Source: a virus
Taxonomy: Duplodnaviria; Caudoviricetes
Strand: one strand, 5' to 3'
Length of the DNA: 64,000 bases
IMG/VR virus record: IMGVR_UViG_3300005614_000001
Span: 1 to 64,000 of that record
A program made the translations under genes and the position numbers. The notes under the pieces were generated by a model. The model saw only the letters and a list, made by a program, of their open reading frames with translations, was not told where the DNA came from and ran no database searches. Of the stretch, positions 55,362-64,000 are shown piece by piece (position 1 is the stretch's first letter; every line of letters begins with the position of its first letter).

Positions 55362-56768
55362 TTATTCAAATGAATATCCCATTGCTTGATAATGTGCAAT
55401 TTCTTCCGGTGTAAGTTCTAATTCCTGCCCTACAGAAAGCCCATTTTCTCCATGTTTCCAGTGGCTGGCGTTTTGAGCAAATATTGCACGTTTCCTGGTA
55501 AGAGGATTTTTAGAATGAGTTAATTCTTCTGTACTTTTACCAGTTTTTTTCTTCAGAGCATTAAATTTTCCCTTGTTCTTTGGGTTTATATGTATACCGC
55601 TTGCTGCTTCAGGTATCTCCATACCATCTTCTGCTTTTCCGCCTCCTGCTATAAAACCAAAATATTTCTTTTGTTTAGGGGTAAGAGGATGCCCTTGTGC
55701 AGTTCCATCTCTTAGTATCTCTTTTGCTTTTTCAGGACTTAAAGAGCCTCCATTTGCCATTGTTCTATCATCATGTGTATCTGGTGCATAAGTTCTGTTA
55801 GCTACCTGACCCATCCACTTCCCACCAGTTTGACCCCCATATTCAAATGGCATATAATCCTGTATTGGGATTTGTTGGGAATAGTCGTGTCTTATATTCC
55901 CCAGTATCTGGGTATTTGATTGAGGGTGAAAGTTTTGTCTCTCCTCTCTGAACTGATCATAACTTCTATTCACCGGAAAACCATTGTAAGTTTCCGGAAG
56001 AGAGTTCAGTAGTTGGGGAATTTGCGAGCTATTGTACCCATAAGGATCAATAGAATAAGAATCAGGCTTACCATAGCTATTATAGGTTGGAACATAATTA
56101 AACCCCCGCATAGGGTATTGCTTTTCTCTGTTCACCGGAGTAGCTACTGTAGCTCTGTTTATTCTATTACCATATATATCTACTTCCGGGAGGGTATTAC
56201 TCGCGGGAGGATTATATATTGGTTGATTTGGAATATCTTCTGTTACCTGTATATTATGCTTTCTATAGCTTCTTTGTGTATAGTCATCTGCTACTCCACC
56301 ATCTGCATATATTTCCCCACCATATTTGAATATAGCCTGGCTTCCTGTACCTTGAGAGTATTGGGAGTCTGTTAACTGGTTATAAGGTCTTATTCTCCTT
56401 GACTGGTGTTCTGGTATCATTGCATCTGCAAACTGTAAACCTGCAGCAAGTAAATCGCCAGTACCTGGGGTAGTAAAGGAAAAACCTTTCTTCTTTGGAG
56501 TTTGTTTATTTCCATCTATAGGTTGAAAGTTTGTTTGTTGATTTTGGTCCTGCATTCCTTGCATCTGGTTATTATCCTGTATTCCTTGATTGATAGCCAT
56601 AGGAGAATGCCAGTTAGGATCTTGTTGATACTGGTTTTGATATTGCTGCCATGGATAGAGACTATATCCATTATCTGCTATAGGCATCATATTACTATCA
56701 GGGGGAAGAGTTGGAATTTGCATTTTTGCACTGCCTCTTTTCTTTGGTTTAATCTTTTTACTTTTCAT
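55362..56768 (-). CDS. low-complexity virion cargo protein with repeated xxGG motifs
   Basis: Q/N/P-rich; IHINPKNKGKF...RKRAIFAQNA..WKH motif. Confidence 0.7.
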   Translation of the reverse strand: MKSKKIKPKKRGSAKMQIPTLPPDSNMMPIADNGYSLYPWQQYQNQYQQDPNWHSPMAINQGIQDNNQMQGMQDQNQQTNFQPIDGNKQTPKKKGFSFTTPGTGDLLAAGLQFADAMIPEHQSRRIRPYNQLTDSQYSQGTGSQAIFKYGGEIYADGGVADDYTQRSYRKHNIQVTEDIPNQPIYNPPASNTLPEVDIYGNRINRATVATPVNREKQYPMRGFNYVPTYNSYGKPDSYSIDPYGYNSSQIPQLLNSLPETYNGFPVNRSYDQFREERQNFHPQSNTQILGNIRHDYSQQIPIQDYMPFEYGGQTGGKWMGQVANRTYAPDTHDDRTMANGGSLSPEKAKEILRDGTAQGHPLTPKQKKYFGFIAGGGKAEDGMEIPEAASGIHINPKNKGKFNALKKKTGKSTEELTHSKNPLTRKRAIFAQNASHWKHGENGLSVGQELELTPEEIAHYQAMGYSFE

Positions 56769-56772
56769 ATTA

Positions 56773-59700
56773 TTATTTATATGATGTTTGTGTAGGGAAT
56801 AATGTAAACTGTGACAATAGCTTTACATCACTTTTATTATCCAGGATATGTCTTACTTTTGCATTCTTACCCCTGATAGTATCTTTCCTAAAGCTCCTGG
56901 TACTATAATCCAGGTTATCTGTATTCAGCACTTTATTAGTCATAGATAGATCACAACTATCTGAAAAGAATGCCTCTGTATTTCCATTACTTATATTCCA
57001 GAAGGTGTTATACTGGTAGATATTATCTGTCTTGGTAACTAATATATCCTTTGAATCACTATTGAATTTAGGGTATTTTAAATATGCTGATAAGTCATTC
57101 TGTGGTTTTGGGATAAGATTTAATACCCCGGTACACTGATAATCATTAGAGATGATGGACTTATTAAAGTAGTCATTAGTACTATAATAATTATTCAAAC
57201 TTGTATACTTCCTGGATACACAATAATCTCTTACAGATTGCAGGATTTGATCTTCTGCACCTTGGAACACCAAAGGGTATTCTAATATGTATGGATATTG
57301 TTTACCATAGAAGTTATTAAATACAGAGAATGTTTGATTATGGTTCCATAATGTAGCACCTGTAGCAGTATTATTTCCACTCTGGAAATAGTTAGCAAAT
57401 GGCACATAATAGTTTGGGAGATAACTATGATAAGCTATCCATCCCCCTGTTTTAAAACTATAAGATATGCTCCAGCTTTTATTACAGAAGTACTTAGGGT
57501 CTGTAAGCTGTATTTCTATTAAAGGTTGATTACATATTACATTTCCTTGTGCTAACTGGTTAGTTGGGGTGTCATTTAAAGAAGTATATGGATTAAAATA
57601 GAACTTTCCATTATCATAAGTAATAGCATCAGAAAGTGGAATATAATCCAGTTTGGTGATGATAAGCCTTTGATAGAACATATCATATACTCCATGTAAC
57701 CCTACACCAGAAAAGTGATTATCTATATCTACTGCCGGGAAGTATTTGTTTATATTAAATGGAAGGAATTGAGAGAACCACTTATCCATCCCATTACTTG
57801 TGATGTCGGTTACTTTACTTCCCTGTAGCAGTAATACTTCTCCTCTTACTGCATCTATAAATATATGTCCAAACTCTGTCCTTAAAAGAAATTTATGCTG
57901 GCTCCCTGCATATCCTATATCTGTTTCAGATAGGTCTATTGGTTGCTGAGAGAATAGTTCAGAGTTCCCAAGATATGCCTGTTGTGGGAGAGATGTATTT
58001 ACTACTGTAAGAGCATTATATATCTGGCTCTTATTATCAAATCTAACCAACACTTCTCTGTTCTCTATAGTATCTATTGCAGTAAGCCCGCCGTAAGCTT
58101 TTGGAAAATCATGGTATGCTGCAGGTTTATACACCAACCAGTTATTCTTTGTTTCCTCCAGGGTGCTCTGGTCACTCCATATAGCTCTATTAGGGAAGTT
58201 AGTGAGACAAGGTTTATTAGGGTCATAATCTTCCCTTAAATGTCCAAAATAGTCTTCTTTATTTTGCTTAGAATAGCTTTGGTTATAGTTATAAGTATTA
58301 TCATTTGCTATAGAAACAAATGCCTCCTGTACCCATTCATCTGGAATGGTGGAGGATACATGTGGGTAGAAATCTCCTTCCTTGCTATTAGTTGCCTGGC
58401 GATAATCTACATTTACTTCACTTTCTACAAAGAAATAAGGAATGCCGTATACAAATAAATACATCAACCCTTGTTCATATAACTCTTTACTTTTGAAGTT
58501 ATCCAGGTTGAGGTTCCTTACCCCAAGGTTATTGAGTATCTCTTTTAGAATATCGAAGGTTATTTCCATTGCCACTACCCCTGCATACATCACCTGTACT
58601 GCATTAGCATCTATATTAGTGGTGATGGCCCCAACCTTACTTTGAATTATTTTAGCTATATCACTCCCTATCTTAACTGGTCTGGTAGAAAACCAGAACA
58701 TCGGGTAGGTGAAATTGGCTATTTGATCATATTCTATATCCGTCTGGTCTGCATCCAATACTGTATTTTCATCAAATATTGGAAGCTTTGTTTTCAGTGC
58801 AAACCTGTTAATGAATATATCTCCTCCAAATACTGTAGGGATAGATGTAAATGGAGTTCCGTCACTTTGATAAAGAGGTGAATAATACCCTGTACTTATA
58901 GTTTCATAAGAATATATCTGCCCCCATTGGTTAAGGAGCTGTCTTTTTATACTACCATAGTAAGAGGATATATTAGACTTCCTTACAGTCTCCGGGATAC
59001 GGTTTATACTATTATCCTCCTGGTATGCTGCATAGCTATCCAGATAGGCATTATAAGCCACCACCTTATCAAAATCCTCTATTGTAGATGGTGAAGATAC
59101 ATTTAGGGCCTCCAGGTCTGCTTCTGTATTTATGCCGCTATAAATATTTTTAACCTCATTATTTGCAGTAATAAAAGCACCAATATTACCTGCTATGTAC
59201 ACCTGATAAGACTCTTGTTTTAATGAGTCAAAAGTTATATAAACAGGGGTTCCGTGAACAGATGTATTTACTTTTAATTTATTATTTAATGGGTCACGAG
59301 TGGCAGCATCGAAGTTATTATATTCAAATATAACTGAAGTCCCACCAGCCTGTGTGCTGGAAAAGAACTGGAGTGAATTTGTTATATCTTGTTGATTACC
59401 ACTTATTAATAGAAATGTATAAGTTCCACAATCAAAGGTGGTGGAGGGAACCCCCGTAGTTGGATCTATACAGGGAGACATATTTATGTCCATTAACTGC
59501 AGTGTACCAAGCTTTACCCCAGTTGCATCCAGGTAGTCATATGTATCACCTATAGTAGGGAGTACTTTAAACTGATTAGTGCAGTTAAATATATATACCT
59601 GTGGTCCTGTATAAGAGGAATTCAGTAATTCTGTAGATATAGAACTATCAGATACAGTAGTTGTTTTTGCAGAAAGGAAGAGATTAAAATAAGTATCCCA

Positions 59701-62256
59701 CAAATCTGCATTTGTATAAGAGGAGATATTATACCTGGATGTATCTTTCTTTATACTGCTGTCATACTCATGCGGGTAGGGAAGAATATCAGTGCTTTTA
59801 GTTACTGCAGTATTTAAATATACACTGCTCTCCCTCTGAAAGTTATTTATTACATTAGTACCCTCTATCTGGTTATAACCATCATTTAAATACTTCCCAA
59901 AATTTATAGCTCTTTGCTTTGTTCCTGCATTTGGAACAGGGAAATACTTATTATAAAGCCCATAGGAGTTAAAAGAGTACCCGAAATTACTATAGGGGAG
60001 GATCTTATTTAAGATATCTAAAGTTGCCTGGAAAGATGGAGCAAAATTCTCTGGGGCAAAGTTAGCACCTACTCCATAATCCCATGGAGTAGTGTAGGTT
60101 ACTGTTCCGTTTATAGTAGACGCAACACCTCCACCATAGGCTACATTATACCCATTTTTATTTAAAAATAGATAGTTTGCATTCTGGTTTACAGATACAA
60201 AGTGTCCATAACTCTCTCCGTACTCTATAGTTTCTACTTTGAGTATCCCACTATCTATCCCTGTGGGTTGATAGAAATGTGTATCCGGGGAATGAAAAGA
60301 AAACCTACTTCTACTATCATTATCTGCAAAACCATTTAATTGTTTATCAGGGCGAAAACCTCCATGATTTTGAATTAAAGTAGTGGTAAAGAAAGGATCC
60401 TCCCTTAAATCATTATATGGATAGTTGGGAAAGTAATAAGTCTGGCTATCTTCTGTGGTAACTGTTACATCTTCACTTACTGGGGTATAGGTATACTTCC
60501 CCACATTGTTAAATATTCCTTTAGCTATTACTGATTTATTAGAAGCTCTGTTCCCCCTGGCTATTTCAAATCCAGCTATCTGGTCTATTATACTTTGATC
60601 TATTCCACTTTCTTTTAAAGCAGAATAAATACTTCCAATATCAACCCTCACCCCTATAGGGAAGATAGAATGTGTGTAGTTTGGATCTTCTCCAGTGTTG
60701 TTATCATGAATGTGTGTAATAAGACTATCTGGGAATTTATGGTGCCTTATATTGGTGTTAGCTAATTCTCCCCATATAAGTGGATTATTTGGGTAGGTGT
60801 TTGTAGATTGCCAGTAGGCCATATCTCCATATTGATACTTCCCTACATAGCAATTATCTGCTACTGTTCTGTTCTTATATTCATCTGCAAAGTCTATTAA
60901 TGTTCCGGTATTATAAACTTCCCACCTCTTTTTGTCAGTTGGAGTATCACAAGGGTTTTGAAGAATAGATGCGCTATCAGGGTTATCTTCTGCTACTACC
61001 GGGAGAAGATCATAAGCATTTATAGCTCTCCCAGGTATGTGAAAACTCTTGGTTTTCATACCATTCTTAAATATAAATCTTCCCTCAAGAGCATACACTT
61101 CATCCCTCATATATCCTCTATACAAAGAGGTATTAAGACCATTATTGTACCCTTCAAAGTTATTGTAAGGGATTTTATAAGTTTCCCATTGCAGCTTTAC
61201 CTTACTCCATACTGGCTGGAAGTTTATATCTTCTGCAGAAGTAAGCCCATACCATCCAAGAACATTATCTACCTGAAATACCCCTTCTGCTGTATTATAG
61301 TAAGGAGAGGTTTCAAATATATCAGCTATTGTTAACTGTATACTACTCTTTTCAGTCCCTGTATAAGTATATTTATACTCCGTTCCCACTACCGGAAAGG
61401 TACCAACCAGGTCTACAGATGTAATATTGTTTATAGTCTTTATTACAGCTATATTGAAATAATCGTACAGGCCAGTGGTATCCAGGTCTGTAATCTTTAA
61501 ATCTATAGCTTTTGAAGTAGGGAGGTTAAAATCAGGGGTAGTTTCCTGCTGATATATACCAAGAGGGTTTGTTATATTATAATACGAAGTATATCCTTCT
61601 CCCAGGATGTTAGAGTATTGTATGGCAAACTGGTAAGTCCCCATCACTAACTCTCCTCCCACATGTACTTCTGTAGGTTCTATTACAGGGAGTGAGAAGT
61701 TTGGTTGTACCAGGAGTTTGTTACAATCTACCAACCCAACCTGCTGTAATGGTTTAAATGCATTATCCGGATTTGGAACATCCACCCACGGGAGATTATC
61801 TAAATCTAAATACCTTCTTGGATTATAATTATCAGTCCAGTATATTTGTGTAGAGCAATTAGTGGTTTTAACCACAGCCTCTCTTATTGGAGAAGAGAGA
61901 TTAAAAGAAAGGCATTTTGAAGAAATGATAGTCGTATACTGGCAATTTCCATCAAATACATACCCTATTTCACAGTCCCTTGTATCAGGATTTACTAACC
62001 AGAAGACGATCTTATTTATCTGCTGTATATTAGCAACTCCAATAACCCTCATTCCTGCAGGGAAAGTAACACATAAAGTATTTCCTCCTTCATTCTGATA
62101 AGTTATGCTATTACCATCAAAGTTCTCCACTAATCCATTCAAAGCGTAGAGGATCTGCCCCGGCTTAAGAGATAAAGGATAACTATCCGTATTCATGCCT
62201 GTAGTGGCATAATTTACGGTAATGTTTGGATTATTATTTGATTGCTGATCAGCCAT
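56773..62256 (-). CDS. tail stabilisation / muzzle protein
   Basis: 1827 aa. GMNTD and YALN N-terminus, IYWTD..NP.R, GYMRDEVY, GGD.FI.RF, SWSISYS...W..YHSYLP motifs of crAss muzzle proteins. Confidence 0.8.
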   Translation of the reverse strand: MADQQSNNNPNITVNYATTGMNTDSYPLSLKPGQILYALNGLVENFDGNSITYQNEGGNTLCVTFPAGMRVIGVANIQQINKIVFWLVNPDTRDCEIGYVFDGNCQYTTIISSKCLSFNLSSPIREAVVKTTNCSTQIYWTDNYNPRRYLDLDNLPWVDVPNPDNAFKPLQQVGLVDCNKLLVQPNFSLPVIEPTEVHVGGELVMGTYQFAIQYSNILGEGYTSYYNITNPLGIYQQETTPDFNLPTSKAIDLKITDLDTTGLYDYFNIAVIKTINNITSVDLVGTFPVVGTEYKYTYTGTEKSSIQLTIADIFETSPYYNTAEGVFQVDNVLGWYGLTSAEDINFQPVWSKVKLQWETYKIPYNNFEGYNNGLNTSLYRGYMRDEVYALEGRFIFKNGMKTKSFHIPGRAINAYDLLPVVAEDNPDSASILQNPCDTPTDKKRWEVYNTGTLIDFADEYKNRTVADNCYVGKYQYGDMAYWQSTNTYPNNPLIWGELANTNIRHHKFPDSLITHIHDNNTGEDPNYTHSIFPIGVRVDIGSIYSALKESGIDQSIIDQIAGFEIARGNRASNKSVIAKGIFNNVGKYTYTPVSEDVTVTTEDSQTYYFPNYPYNDLREDPFFTTTLIQNHGGFRPDKQLNGFADNDSRSRFSFHSPDTHFYQPTGIDSGILKVETIEYGESYGHFVSVNQNANYLFLNKNGYNVAYGGGVASTINGTVTYTTPWDYGVGANFAPENFAPSFQATLDILNKILPYSNFGYSFNSYGLYNKYFPVPNAGTKQRAINFGKYLNDGYNQIEGTNVINNFQRESSVYLNTAVTKSTDILPYPHEYDSSIKKDTSRYNISSYTNADLWDTYFNLFLSAKTTTVSDSSISTELLNSSYTGPQVYIFNCTNQFKVLPTIGDTYDYLDATGVKLGTLQLMDINMSPCIDPTTGVPSTTFDCGTYTFLLISGNQQDITNSLQFFSSTQAGGTSVIFEYNNFDAATRDPLNNKLKVNTSVHGTPVYITFDSLKQESYQVYIAGNIGAFITANNEVKNIYSGINTEADLEALNVSSPSTIEDFDKVVAYNAYLDSYAAYQEDNSINRIPETVRKSNISSYYGSIKRQLLNQWGQIYSYETISTGYYSPLYQSDGTPFTSIPTVFGGDIFINRFALKTKLPIFDENTVLDADQTDIEYDQIANFTYPMFWFSTRPVKIGSDIAKIIQSKVGAITTNIDANAVQVMYAGVVAMEITFDILKEILNNLGVRNLNLDNFKSKELYEQGLMYLFVYGIPYFFVESEVNVDYRQATNSKEGDFYPHVSSTIPDEWVQEAFVSIANDNTYNYNQSYSKQNKEDYFGHLREDYDPNKPCLTNFPNRAIWSDQSTLEETKNNWLVYKPAAYHDFPKAYGGLTAIDTIENREVLVRFDNKSQIYNALTVVNTSLPQQAYLGNSELFSQQPIDLSETDIGYAGSQHKFLLRTEFGHIFIDAVRGEVLLLQGSKVTDITSNGMDKWFSQFLPFNINKYFPAVDIDNHFSGVGLHGVYDMFYQRLIITKLDYIPLSDAITYDNGKFYFNPYTSLNDTPTNQLAQGNVICNQPLIEIQLTDPKYFCNKSWSISYSFKTGGWIAYHSYLPNYYVPFANYFQSGNNTATGATLWNHNQTFSVFNNFYGKQYPYILEYPLVFQGAEDQILQSVRDYCVSRKYTSLNNYYSTNDYFNKSIISNDYQCTGVLNLIPKPQNDLSAYLKYPKFNSDSKDILVTKTDNIYQYNTFWNISNGNTEAFFSDSCDLSMTNKVLNTDNLDYSTRSFRKDTIRGKNAKVRHILDNKSDVKLLSQFTLFPTQTSYK

Positions 62257-62278
62257 TTATATTTTATATCACTATAGA

Positions 62279-63217
62279 TTACCACCATTTTAAACCTCTT
62301 CCACCTTTCCATCTGCTTTGATCTCCAGGGAGAGTGTATTTATTATTTCTATTGTATGAGCGAATAATTCCATGATTCTTCTGCTCAATGGTTTGTTTCT
62401 TAAGTTCAGTTTCTGCCAGAATAAATGCTTCTCCCTGCTCCTGGTCTGCTCTCTGCAGTTTCATTTGTATCTGGTTAAATGTTTCATCGGTTACCTGGTT
62501 AGACATTTGCTCAAATATTTTGAACTTTAAAAACTTCCTGATAAAATCCTGTACCCAGTAATCTTCTGGTACCAGTTGATCTCCATTTGCATCTGTAGGG
62601 TTGGCATAATATATGAGGAGAACCTGCCCAAATGGACAGTTGAGTATCATCTTTCCATCCCGGATATCATAAGTCCTTTCTCCTGCACCATACATATTAT
62701 TTAAACAAGGTTGCCCCCCATATTCTACTGCATTTATATTTCCTGGACGAAGGAGGAATTTCCTGGTAAACCTATAAATAGAAGCACCATTTATTTTATT
62801 TATTACTTCAAATTCTTCATTGCTATTGCAACATCCATCTGGTCCTACTATTTCACATGTTGGAGAGTTAGTAAAACAAGCATTACAACTATCTGTTATA
62901 TTTGATATCCTGCAGTCTGTTTGGTAATAAATAGATGATGCATCCCTTACAGGGTTGGAGAAAGTAGTTTCACATAACCATGCCTCTCTCACTGAATTAA
63001 AATCATCCGGGAGACAGGTTGTATAATCTTCCACATCCATTACTACAGGTTCTATCTTATAAGCAGACATTCTAAATCTCCTAAGACATTGCTCTGTCCA
63101 TATAGGAAACATCATATCATCTACTGCCCCTGTATCAAAGTAACTCCTTAAAGTTTCCTTGACCTCTGCATAAAGAGGAGATGGAGAAGTGAATTTCATT
63201 TGGTAGTACCAACTCAT
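62279..63217 (-). CDS. tail ring / tubular adaptor protein
   Basis: LP.DF and YYA.P.D..G...VP motifs; position upstream of the muzzle gene. ATG 63217 preferred. Confidence 0.7.
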   Translation of the reverse strand: MSWYYQMKFTSPSPLYAEVKETLRSYFDTGAVDDMMFPIWTEQCLRRFRMSAYKIEPVVMDVEDYTTCLPDDFNSVREAWLCETTFSNPVRDASSIYYQTDCRISNITDSCNACFTNSPTCEIVGPDGCCNSNEEFEVINKINGASIYRFTRKFLLRPGNINAVEYGGQPCLNNMYGAGERTYDIRDGKMILNCPFGQVLLIYYANPTDANGDQLVPEDYWVQDFIRKFLKFKIFEQMSNQVTDETFNQIQMKLQRADQEQGEAFILAETELKKQTIEQKNHGIIRSYNRNNKYTLPGDQSRWKGGRGLKWW

Positions 63218-63257
63218 AGTGGAGTATAAAAGTATCCTCAAATATGAGGACAGTGAA

Positions 63258-63755
63258 TTAATATTTTCTTTTCACCCATTCCTTGTAAATATCTTTATAG
63301 ATAGAGGATGGTGTTTTAAGGTAGGAGGCAAGAAGCCTGGATGGTATCCTTGCTATTTCAAATTTCCAGATGAAGGAACACTTTATCCTGGCATCTTTAT
63401 ATAACCAGGCCCAGTAGTAGTTATATCCATCTGTATGATAGTTGAGGTGATAAACTCTCACCCCTTCTTCTTTACTTCTTTTATAATCTACAGAAAGAGC
63501 AATTATCTCCTCTCCTGTAGTTTTATTTATCTTTCTTTTCTTCTTCTTATATTTATTGATAGTAATACAACCAAGTCCAAAAGGGAGTTTTATTTTATCC
63601 CCTGTATCCAAAATATGCTTTATTATCAGTTCATTATAGGTATAGAGGATCTTCTTATACTCTTCAAAAGATATTTTCACATCTTTATTACTCTTACAAA
63701 ATAGTTTGTAGTTTTCCCTGGATGCTGTTCTGAACTCTAGTTTTGGTCTGGGCAT
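63258..63755 (-). CDS. HU/IHF-like DNA-binding protein (crAss conserved)
   Basis: Basic; G..IKLPFGLG.I.I.K, VDY..S, H.N.HTDGY motifs; located between ring genes. Confidence 0.7.
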   Translation of the reverse strand: MPRPKLEFRTASRENYKLFCKSNKDVKISFEEYKKILYTYNELIIKHILDTGDKIKLPFGLGCITINKYKKKKRKINKTTGEEIIALSVDYKRSKEEGVRVYHLNYHTDGYNYYWAWLYKDARIKCSFIWKFEIARIPSRLLASYLKTPSSIYKDIYKEWVKRKY

Positions 63756-64000
63756 TATTCTTCTTTATCATCAACCTGCCTGTTCTCTTTTGTTCTTTCA
63801 AAAGTTTCCAGAAGGGTTTTATATGTCTCCTGTACCACTCCTGATTCTAAAAACCCTGGGCATTTAAATTCCAGATCTAATGGATTAGTGGGGCATGGAG
63901 GAGGATTATCACAAGTATATAATTGAAAATCTACATCATCTTCAAATAGAGCTATAATAGACACTAACTCTATATTTGGATCAGTTATGTACAGATATTT
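63755..64000 (-). CDS. tail ring protein, 5'-truncated by window edge
   Basis: Frame is open from 64000: KYLYITDPNIELVSIIALFEDD...LDLEFKCP. Confidence 0.65.
   Translation of the reverse strand, partial: KYLYITDPNIELVSIIALFEDDVDFQLYTCDNPPPCPTNPLDLEFKCPGFLESGVVQETYKTLLETFERTKENRQVDDKEE

Noticed and set aside
58960-59730. Intein in the muzzle, RecA or RNAP proteins
   Set aside because: No Cys/Ser-start and His-Asn-end splicing motifs or embedded LAGLIDADG blocks were seen; RecA has normal length.
17740-63704. Numerous short + strand ORFs in the track opposite the late genes (and short - strand ORFs within 1-17 kb)
   Set aside because: They are antisense shadows fully inside long, motif-bearing genes, with no recognisable motifs or independent expression signals.
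1-64000. Stop-codon reassignment (TAG/TGA recoding known in some crAss-like phages)
   Set aside because: Very long ORFs (4019, 1827 and 1624 aa) are intact in code 11, coding density is high, and TAG/TGA act as normal stops, with ATGA coupling. The two broken genes end in TAA and are explained by insertions.
1-64000. tRNA genes, CRISPR arrays, integrase/att sites, DGR or invertible cassettes
   Set aside because: I saw no cloverleaf/T-loop signatures, regularly spaced repeats, recombinase or reverse transcriptase. The paralogous fibre ends are too diverged at DNA level to be TR/VR pairs. This was checked by eye only.

Overview
This window is a 64 kb internal fragment of an AT-rich, crAss-like (Crassvirales-type) phage genome. 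The host is probably Bacteroidota, judged from TAnnTTTG promoter motifs and Gln+1 signal peptides. It reads in standard code 11. The + strand (1-17.7 kb) carries replication, repair and accessory genes: primase, an atypical uracil-DNA glycosylase, an M20/M28-type peptidase interrupted by a fully resolvable group I intron with a LAGLIDADG gene in P1, PD-(D/E)XK nucleases, a dNTP diphosphohydrolase, RecA, an HNH nuclease and a candidate Acb2/Tad1-like anti-defence protein. The - strand (17.7-64 kb) converges on it at a bidirectional terminator and is the virion module. It holds ring and muzzle tail proteins, an HU/IHF-like protein, cargo proteins, a 4019-aa virion RNA polymerase, fibre/decoration proteins, holin and spanin candidates and three glycosyltransferases. 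The most unusual observations are: (i) a circularly permuted histidine-phosphatase domain at the C-terminus of the virion RNAP; (ii) a GT-B glycosyltransferase split at its interdomain linker by an intron-less HNH gene; (iii) two paralogous fibre-like proteins with Sec signal peptides alternating with small Cys-tipped adaptor proteins, next to a three-glycosyltransferase set (possible export/glycosylation system); (iv) a group I intron in a peptidase gene. All protein family calls come from motif recognition by eye, not from database searches.
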